A stretch of DNA of 55,057 nt. Source: an uncultured Anaerolineales bacterium. Its GTDB lineage: Bacteria > Chloroflexota > Anaerolineae > Anaerolineales > E44-bin32. Of this stretch, positions 48,807 to 55,057 are shown one piece after another. How positions within the stretch are numbered: position 1 is the stretch's first letter; the number at the start of each line of letters is the position of its first letter. Both the position numbers and the translations under genes were made by a program. The stretch is taken from contig CBFDDM010000003.1 of assembly GCA_965603565.1 (NCBI GenBank), positions 1-55,057 on the forward strand. The letters are read 5' to 3'. The notes below the pieces were generated by a model, which saw only the letters and a list, made by a program, of their open reading frames with translations, made no database searches and was not told the origin of the DNA.

Positions 48807-49567
48807 ATGGCTATTTCTTTCAGCGCCTGAAAGACGAAGTCGCTCGAGCCTGGACGGTGGCAGTCAAGGACGTGCGGGTCTACTATCTACGTCCGGGCAT
48901 GATCATGTTTGGCTTCCTGATGCCGTTCTTCATGTTCTTTTCGTTCTCCGTGCGGCGCGAGCTTGGCGCCGCAGAAGGTGTCGCCCGCCTGCTGGCGCTA
49001 AGCGTCTTTTTCACTGCTGGCGCGGCGGGTCCGTTCATCATTCCGACCGAGCGGCGCATCGGCACCTACGACCGTCTGTTGGCGGCGCCGATGTCGTTGG
49101 TAACGCTGCTGCTCGGTAAGGTTGCCGTGGGCGCTTTCTTCGCCATCTCGGTTTCGGCTGTAGCTCTGGCTGCCGGCGTCCTGCTTTTCGGATCGCAGAT
49201 CGCACAGCCCGGGTTGCTTGTAGCCGGGGTCCTGGTGGGGGCTTTCTCTTTCTCATCGCTGGGGTTGGTTTTCGGATCGATCCCGACGATGAATCCGGGC
49301 GATGTCCAGATGCCCAGCACGCTTCTGCGCTGGGGTTTGCTTTTCATCAGCGGCGTGTTCATCCCCTTGAGCGAGATGATGCCAGCCGCGCGCGCCATTG
49401 CGTACCTCTCGCCGCTGACCTACGCGCAGGATTTGATGAACCATGCTGTGCTGGGGAAGGGGCTTATCTCGGCCTGGATCGACTTTACCGTTTTGTTGCT
49501 GAGCGGGGTCCTGCTGCTGCTGCCCTCGCTGCGCCTGCACGAACGCGCCCGTGCTTTGGGGCGCTGA
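48803..49567 (+). CDS. ABC-2 type transporter permease
   Basis: ERRIGTYDRLLAAP, FISGVFIPL, SPLTYA. Confidence 0.9.
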   Translation: MNGYFFQRLKDEVARAWTVAVKDVRVYYLRPGMIMFGFLMPFFMFFSFSVRRELGAAEGVARLLALSVFFTAGAAGPFIIPTERRIGTYDRLLAAPMSLVTLLLGKVAVGAFFAISVSAVALAAGVLLFGSQIAQPGLLVAGVLVGAFSFSSLGLVFGSIPTMNPGDVQMPSTLLRWGLLFISGVFIPLSEMMPAARAIAYLSPLTYAQDLMNHAVLGKGLISAWIDFTVLLLSGVLLLLPSLRLHERARALGR

Positions 49568-49663
49568 CTGGTGGCTGGACAGGGTTTCTAACCTGCGCGA
49601 AGCTCCCGACTTTCTATGAGTGCGATAAAGCGATAGACTGTGAATCTTCTGCCTCGGGGAACA

Positions 49664-49714
49664 AATCCCCGGCACTATGCCAGTGCCGGGGACTGGTGCC
49701 GTGGGTGGTCATTC
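49664..49714. repeat. 51 bp palindromic repeat, copy 2
   Basis: 47/51 identical to 24147-24197; overlaps the stop codon of 49709-50605. Confidence 0.8.
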
Positions 49715-50605
49715 TTCGTGCGGATCGAGCAGCGCGATCAAGCCCAGCGCGCCCATGTTGGCGAACAACAGTGGAGCCAGGAACGGCGCACCGCGGATGA
49801 AGCGCTCAGCGACGAACTGCCCGCCGGCGGTCAGGTTCTCCTGAATGTGCAGCCATGATCCAATCAATCCTGTCAGGATCAGCAGGATCATCGCTCCGAC
49901 ATGCACACCAATCTCTGCTCGGGAAGATGACCGCATCGCACCGAGCCCGAACGCGACCAGCACTCCAAACACACCGGTGACGGTGGGGATCCACAGCCAG
50001 GGGTTGACGAAACCGGTCCGGGCGTGGTCCAACACACTGCTGATCACCGTGGCGAGCGTGCCCAGGCTGGTCATGAACAAAAACGCGCTGGTCTTGCTGT
50101 AAGGCAGCTGGATGGTCCGGCCGGCGATGAGCGTAAGCCGGCCGCTGTCCGCAGGTTTTTCGACCCAGGCGGCGCTAATCCCGATCAGACCGACCAAGGA
50201 AAACGTGAGTGGGCCGAGGATCGGTGGTGCCCAGACCAGCAGAGGGACGCTGACCCGCTGACCTGGCGGAGCAGCGGGAAGGATGGCGCGTTCGACGTGG
50301 AAATAGGCGCCCAGTAAGCCGACGGCGATACTGGCGATAAATATCAGGTTGGCGAGCAGCGCGGCGAGGTTCCGGCGCCGCAGCGCGATCAGACCTGCGA
50401 AGAGAAGCAGTGTACCCGCCACCGGTCCGAAAATGATCGGGATCCACTCGTTTGGGACGATCGTGCCGCTGATCCTGTGCGCCAGGTAGATGTCCAACCC
50501 CAGGAAAAACTCATTGACCGCGGCGAGCAGCAGCATGATTTGATCACGCGAAAGCGGAATGCGCACCTTCCGCAGAAAAGGGAACAGTTTGGCAAGGTAA
50601 TACAT
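49709..50605 (-). CDS. 8-TM internally duplicated membrane protein with four His, partner of the HAO-like cytochrome
   Basis: Repeats LAH..WIP..G.YFH..APPILGPL and LDH..WIP..GSWLH..APFLAPL; 3 nt downstream of the cytochrome. Confidence 0.7.
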   Translation of the reverse strand: MYYLAKLFPFLRKVRIPLSRDQIMLLLAAVNEFFLGLDIYLAHRISGTIVPNEWIPIIFGPVAGTLLLFAGLIALRRRNLAALLANLIFIASIAVGLLGAYFHVERAILPAAPPGQRVSVPLLVWAPPILGPLTFSLVGLIGISAAWVEKPADSGRLTLIAGRTIQLPYSKTSAFLFMTSLGTLATVISSVLDHARTGFVNPWLWIPTVTGVFGVLVAFGLGAMRSSSRAEIGVHVGAMILLILTGLIGSWLHIQENLTAGGQFVAERFIRGAPFLAPLLFANMGALGLIALLDPHEE

Positions 50606-50608
50606 CGC

Positions 50609-51877
50609 TCACCGCGCTCCCGTGTCCAGTTTTTCTGAAACCAGCTCTTCGAGTTCGGCCAGGTCGGCGAGCACCTCGTATGCACCATGCCATTGTGTGT
50701 AATCGGGACCCTGCATCCAGGCGCCGAACTTTGCTGTGCGACCCCAGTGGTGCCAGAGCTCGAAGTAGGTGAAATCGATCGGTTCGTCAAACGGGGCGTC
50801 AGTCATCAAGCCTTGTTCGATCAGCGGCGCGACCATCTCGTCGCTCTCGCGCACCCATACATTCACCGCCTCGGTGGCGGCATCAGCATCCGCGTAGAAT
50901 GCGTCCACGAAGTTCTTGTTATGGCATTCCAGGCAGACGTTTTGCATGCGCACGGAGTTGTCCTGCCACGATGGGCGGCGGGTGCTGATCGGCGCGAAAA
51001 GGAACCATGTCAGCCGGTCGCCGACGTCGTGGGTCGTGCCGCTGGCACCGAAACCGGAGAAATGGCAAGTTGCACAGGTCGGGGCGGGGAAGTCCTCAAC
51101 TGTCAGCGTACCCGCCTCGGCCTCCCAACCCCAATGCTCACCACCGGTAGCGTAGGCGATGCCGTGGGGCGACTCCTGGTAGATCTCCCACTGCGGGTGA
51201 TCGGGACCGATATGGCAGTAATTGCAGGTTTCAGGCTTGCGTGCCTGTTCGAGGCTGAATTCATGCCTCAGGTGGCATTTCGTGCAATCACCGGCCGAAC
51301 CGTCAGCGTTCGGTTTGCCGACGTTGTGGCAGGCCTCGCAGGCGAAGCGAGTGATCTCGGGTCCTTCGAGCGCGTAGAGCGCATTGCGCATTTTTTCGGG
51401 GCCGGCGCCGCTTTCCGGTATCCCCTCATACTGCGCTAACATCTCGGGACTCAGTTCCACGGTTCCGGCGTAGGCGACATAGGCCGGGAGCCCGTGGCGG
51501 CTCTGCGAGAACTGCGCCACCTCCTGGGCGTGACACGTCTCACACATTGCCGGTGTGGGCTGGCTGAGCACAAATGTGCCCTCATGCTCGACAGATCCAG
51601 GGTAATCTCCAGCGACTTCGTGACAATCCTGGCAGGTGACTTCGGCGGCAGCCATCGTGCTGTGTCCGTATTGGATAATGATGCCGGGTGTCGTGTCGCG
51701 GTGACACACCACGCACTCATTTTCGCTGGTGGCGAGCACATTTACCTGGCGCTCTTCTGGGGGAAGCATCGAGACGGAGATGGTCTGCACGATCAGCACC
51801 AGCCCGATGACGATGACCACACCGACCACACCGAGCAGCAGCAGACGAGGGATTCTGCTTCCACGATTCTCAGCCAT
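50609..51877 (-). CDS. Membrane-anchored octahaem cytochrome c, hydroxylamine oxidoreductase (HAO) family
   Basis: Eight CxxCH; RHEFS..ARKPETCNYCHIGPDHPQWEIY.ES.HG, APTCATCH, THDV, PDYTQWHG; N-terminal TM. Confidence 0.85.
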   Translation of the reverse strand: MAENRGSRIPRLLLLGVVGVVIVIGLVLIVQTISVSMLPPEERQVNVLATSENECVVCHRDTTPGIIIQYGHSTMAAAEVTCQDCHEVAGDYPGSVEHEGTFVLSQPTPAMCETCHAQEVAQFSQSRHGLPAYVAYAGTVELSPEMLAQYEGIPESGAGPEKMRNALYALEGPEITRFACEACHNVGKPNADGSAGDCTKCHLRHEFSLEQARKPETCNYCHIGPDHPQWEIYQESPHGIAYATGGEHWGWEAEAGTLTVEDFPAPTCATCHFSGFGASGTTHDVGDRLTWFLFAPISTRRPSWQDNSVRMQNVCLECHNKNFVDAFYADADAATEAVNVWVRESDEMVAPLIEQGLMTDAPFDEPIDFTYFELWHHWGRTAKFGAWMQGPDYTQWHGAYEVLADLAELEELVSEKLDTGAR

Positions 51878-51936
51878 GAGCACCTCCTTTTGATCAAATG
51901 AAGATGAGTCAGCCCGCTGTGGCGAGCACTATATCC

Positions 51937-51979
51937 ATTGTAGACTATCTGTGAATTGCTTCACATTGATCTAGATCAA
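51937..51979 (-). promoter_or_regulatory. Promoter with abutting canonical FNR box and CRP/Rex-like box
   Basis: TTGAT-CTAG-ATCAA (51966-51979), TGTGA-ATTGCT-TCACA (51950-51965), -10 TACAAT (51942-51937). Confidence 0.7.
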
Positions 51980-52075
51980 GTAGGGTTTTGGCGTCTGAGA
52001 TGACGAGTTTCTTATAATGCAAAAGGGTTGCGAACAGCGGAGTTTTTTGGTTTAGTCCTAGTGAGGAGCGTAACC

Positions 52076-53119
52076 ATGAATCCGATCTTGTCCAGCATCA
52101 TCATCGTCGTTTCTGCAGCTCTCGCTGGTTTATTGATAAGTTTAATTCTAGGTTGGCTGATCGAGCGCCGGCATGGCGAGAGGCCGCTTGAGATCGCTTC
52201 GTACGAACTGCATTTGAAGTACCTGCGTATGCCATTTCGTCTGCTGCTTCCCGCCATCGCCTTGCGCATCGCGTTCCCATGGTTAGCGTTTGCTGAGGAC
52301 GTGATGGAAATAATTTCGCATGTACTTCAGGTGTGGATCATCTTCGCAATCGCCTTCTTCGCCCGTCAGTTGTTTGTCATGGTGCGCGAGATGCTGCTCG
52401 AGGAACATCCTGTCGATGTTGAGGACAACTTGCAGGCACGCCGGATCATGACTCAGTACCGTGTCATCGAACGCATCGGTGTCGTCTTGATATCTGTTCT
52501 GGCGTTTGGAGCGATCTTGATGACGTTCGAGGGCGTGCGGCAGTTCGGTGTGAGCCTGCTGGCGTCGGCCGGGATCGCCGGTGTCGTGATTGGTTTTGCC
52601 GCTCAGAAAAGCCTGGGAACGCTGTTGGCCGGCGTCCAGATCGCGGTGAGCCAGCCTATCCGCCTCGACGATGTTGTCATCGTCGAAGGGGAGTGGGGAA
52701 AAGTAGAGGAGATCACGTTGACCTATGTCGTCGTGCGCGTGTGGGACGAGCGGCGGCTGATCGTGCCGGTGACCTATTTCCTCGACAATCCGTTTCAAAA
52801 TTGGACCTACACTTCGGCGCAGATCCTTGGAACGGTATATTTGTACACTGATTACAGCGTGCCGGTCGACGCCGTGCGCCAGGAATTGAAAGACATTCTG
52901 GACGAGACCGATCTGTGGGATGGTCGCGCCTGGGGCCTGGTCGTCACCGATTCGACTGAGCGGACGATGGAATTGCGTGCATTGGTCAGCGCAGCGAACT
53001 CCTCGAAAGCGTGGGACCTGCGCTGTCTTGTGCGTGAACGCCTGATCGATTTTCTGCAGCGGAAGTACCCGGACAGCCTGCCCAAGGTACGGCTGGACCC
53101 GTGTGCCGATACTACGTAG
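52076..53119 (+). CDS. Small-conductance mechanosensitive channel MscS family
   Basis: SLLASAGIAGVVIGFAAQ, GKVEEITLTY, PFQNW. Confidence 0.9.
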   Translation: MNPILSSIIIVVSAALAGLLISLILGWLIERRHGERPLEIASYELHLKYLRMPFRLLLPAIALRIAFPWLAFAEDVMEIISHVLQVWIIFAIAFFARQLFVMVREMLLEEHPVDVEDNLQARRIMTQYRVIERIGVVLISVLAFGAILMTFEGVRQFGVSLLASAGIAGVVIGFAAQKSLGTLLAGVQIAVSQPIRLDDVVIVEGEWGKVEEITLTYVVVRVWDERRLIVPVTYFLDNPFQNWTYTSAQILGTVYLYTDYSVPVDAVRQELKDILDETDLWDGRAWGLVVTDSTERTMELRALVSAANSSKAWDLRCLVRERLIDFLQRKYPDSLPKVRLDPCADTT

Positions 53120-53144
53120 GGGCAATTCATGAATTTCCCCTACG
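53115..53144. repeat. GTAG-type REP-like palindrome
   Basis: CGTAGGGGCAATTCATGAATTTCCCCTACG (one mismatched pair); supplies the mscS stop codon. Confidence 0.75.
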
Positions 53145-53156
53145 CAAAACCGAATC

Positions 53157-53642
53157 TCAATGCCAGGTGTCCATCACCTGGCGCAGGATGGCGAACTCGC
53201 CGATATGGTAAGCGTTGTGATCGGCGACGAGCAGGATCTCGCGCAGGATCGTGTAGCCCTCGGCGTGCGGTAAATCGGCATAAAGTTCGGTTTCAGACGC
53301 CTCCACCAGAGCAATCAAATCCTGTAAGTCATTCTTGAACTCATTCACCGTCGCGTTCCACTGCTCCTCATCGGCGGTCGCTCCGGGGCTTGGCCAGTAG
53401 CCGCGCGGCCATTCTGGAGAATCATGATCCGGATCCTGGATGAACTCGAGGATGTCCCATTGCGTGATGCGCAGGTGCTCAAGGAGATGCCAGGGGCTGT
53501 AGGGGACGTTCGGCGGGGCCTCGTTAATGCGATCCATGGGGAAATCGGCAATCATGCTATCGTAATCCATATGGGCATGCCCGCCGCGCAATAACGCGAG
53601 CAGCTGTTGGCGAACCAGCTTGTCTTTTTCCATTGCATTCAA
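53157..53642 (-). CDS. DinB family protein
   Basis: YSPWHLLEHLR, DHNAYHIGE. Confidence 0.85.
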   Translation of the reverse strand: MNAMEKDKLVRQQLLALLRGGHAHMDYDSMIADFPMDRINEAPPNVPYSPWHLLEHLRITQWDILEFIQDPDHDSPEWPRGYWPSPGATADEEQWNATVNEFKNDLQDLIALVEASETELYADLPHAEGYTILREILLVADHNAYHIGEFAILRQVMDTWH

Positions 53643-53742
53643 CCTTTCCCCGGGAATTCATACCAATTGTAAGACATCATCGGAACGGGAGCACACGGGT
53701 CTTCAATGGACCATTATTTACTCACCGTCCAAGAGAACTGAG

Positions 53743-53771
53743 AAAGGAGACACAAACCATGTGTCTCCTTT
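53743..53771 (-). terminator. Stem-loop/terminator after the lipoprotein gene
   Basis: AAAGGAGACACA-AACCA-TGTGTCTCCTTT. Confidence 0.55.
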
Positions 53772-53833
53772 GAATTTCCCAACCGGTGGCTATCCGACGA
53801 TTGGCATGAGTTGTTGTGCAGGACACGTGCGGC

Positions 53834-54292
53834 TCAGTTGCTGGGCATGCAGATCACACCGGCAATCTTCCACTCGCCGCTAAATTTCTGCAGGTAGACC
53901 TGGAACTCATGCCCTTCGAAACTGGTCTCGACGGACACGCGTGCTTCTTCGCCCATGGGACTTAGATCAACGCTCTTGATCGAGAAACTCTGAGGTACAT
54001 CCTGTGCGCAGACGATCGGATCTGCCGCAAGGCCTTCGGCTTTCATCTCTTCGATGCGCTCGATGAATTCCAGGCTCAACTCCCTGCGATCTTGATAGGA
54101 ACCATCCTGAAGCGGGTTGTGGAATTCATCTGTGGCTGCGTCGTAACCGAGGTTCTCGAGATACCAGCCGTAGAATTGGTTCACCACTATTTCAGGTGAG
54201 GAAACTTCCTGAGCGTTAGCGGTCCCGCACGCGGCCAGTACGATAGTGAGAACAATCATCAATACAACAAGCGAGAACAGTTTAGCTTTCAT
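53834..54292 (-). CDS. DUF3828/YbjP-like lipoprotein
   Basis: Lipobox LAAC; V.QFYGWY, ADPIVCAQD, WKI..V.C; GGAGG RBS. Confidence 0.7.
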   Translation of the reverse strand: MKAKLFSLVVLMIVLTIVLAACGTANAQEVSSPEIVVNQFYGWYLENLGYDAATDEFHNPLQDGSYQDRRELSLEFIERIEEMKAEGLAADPIVCAQDVPQSFSIKSVDLSPMGEEARVSVETSFEGHEFQVYLQKFSGEWKIAGVICMPSN

Positions 54293-54568
54293 GATGTTAC
54301 CTCCACTTTTGTCAGCTTTTGAGTCGATCAAATTTTGGATCTTATTGCTTGATTTCATTTCATCCTCCGGTTTGTGACCTATCACTATTTTGCTGGTCAC
54401 TACTTTCATGAGCATGTTAAGCCTTGAGAAGTTAAATTTGATCCAGCATATGGTGGGGATTGAAGTGCCTCATCAGCGGGAAGTTGAGCTGATCACTTGG
54501 CCAGGTGATAAATGATTCAATGGGTTTTGACTTGGGAGTATGAGCGGTAAGGCGATGTAGTTTTTGGC

Positions 54569-55057
54569 TTAGAGTTGTGCGATCATCTCGCTGCGATGGA
54601 AAGAGCGGGCGCCAATCCAGAGCAGCAGCGCGTTAATGGTCCAGAAAATCGCACCCAGCAGGACGACCATCAGGGTGTTAAAGTAGATCACGCCTGCCGC
54701 CTGCCCGATCACGAGCAGGATGATGGGTAGTACCATCGAGCCACCTAATTGATAGGCTTCCTGAAAGCCCTTAACGCGTGCGGAAACGATAACCATTGAA
54801 CTTAACCCTAGCCCCGCAGCCGCAGGCGCTACCCAGAAGGCCAATACAACCCACATTGAATTCGGGAAGAAGACTCGCCCCATGACCGACCAACCAGAAA
54901 GATTCACGACAAGGGTGTAAAGGATGAAACCGAAAAATGACACCGCCCAGGCTGGGATCCAGGCCGCCGCGAGCTTTCCGATGAATAGCTCGCTGTCGGT
55001 GGTAGGTGTATAGATCAGCGCCTCAAGTGATTTGCGCTCCTTTTCCCCGGCGAAGCT
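54569..55057 (-). CDS. ABC transporter permease (5' truncated by window edge)
   Basis: Reads FAGEKERKSLEALIYTP from the window edge, then multiple TM segments. Confidence 0.8.
   Translation of the reverse strand, partial: SFAGEKERKSLEALIYTPTTDSELFIGKLAAAWIPAWAVSFFGFILYTLVVNLSGWSVMGRVFFPNSMWVVLAFWVAPAAAGLGLSSMVIVSARVKGFQEAYQLGGSMVLPIILLVIGQAAGVIYFNTLMVVLLGAIFWTINALLLWIGARSFHRSEMIAQL

Noticed and set aside
1-55057. CRISPR array, tRNA/rRNA, intact transposase or integrase
   Set aside because: No regularly spaced repeats, recognisable RNA gene or transposase motifs seen by eye; covariance-model searches were not possible

Overview
A 55 kb stretch of bacterial chromosome. Gene content suggests a facultatively anaerobic Chloroflexota/Anaerolineae-like organism, which is an inference only. 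(1) 1-5500 (+): hdrA(partial)-mvhD-metV-metF-hdrCB operon. MvhD appears to be a selenoprotein that the ORF track splits at a UGA. (2) 5846-18801 (-): a cobalamin/folate-dependent methylated-amine demethylation cluster, probably glycine betaine -> dimethylglycine -> sarcosine. It has non-Pyl MttB, GcvT-like, SolA-like, DMG dehydrogenase-like, corrinoid activator, corrinoid protein, a second metVF, a pterin methyltransferase and a DUF1638-like gene. (3) 19-24 kb: arsR-arsM, a second selenoprotein (UxxC redoxin lipoprotein) ahead of msrP, and a UroD-family gene. (4) 24-52 kb: an anaerobic-respiration-like region with four Crp/Fnr paralogues, matching class II promoters, paralogous uncharacterised membrane proteins, a NapH-like polyferredoxin and an HAO-family octahaem with a membrane partner. 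The best candidate for an undescribed system is 32310-37842: two paralogous CxxCK-containing octahaem lipoproteins, a 12-TM protein with a haem-copper-oxidase-like His pattern but no CuB His-His pair, an FGE-fold lipoprotein and haem O synthase. I saw no rRNA, tRNA, CRISPR array or intact transposase. Several REP-like palindromes and small pseudogenes are present. All calls come from motif reading, not database searches. Where my start codon differs from the ORF track, it was chosen from the RBS.
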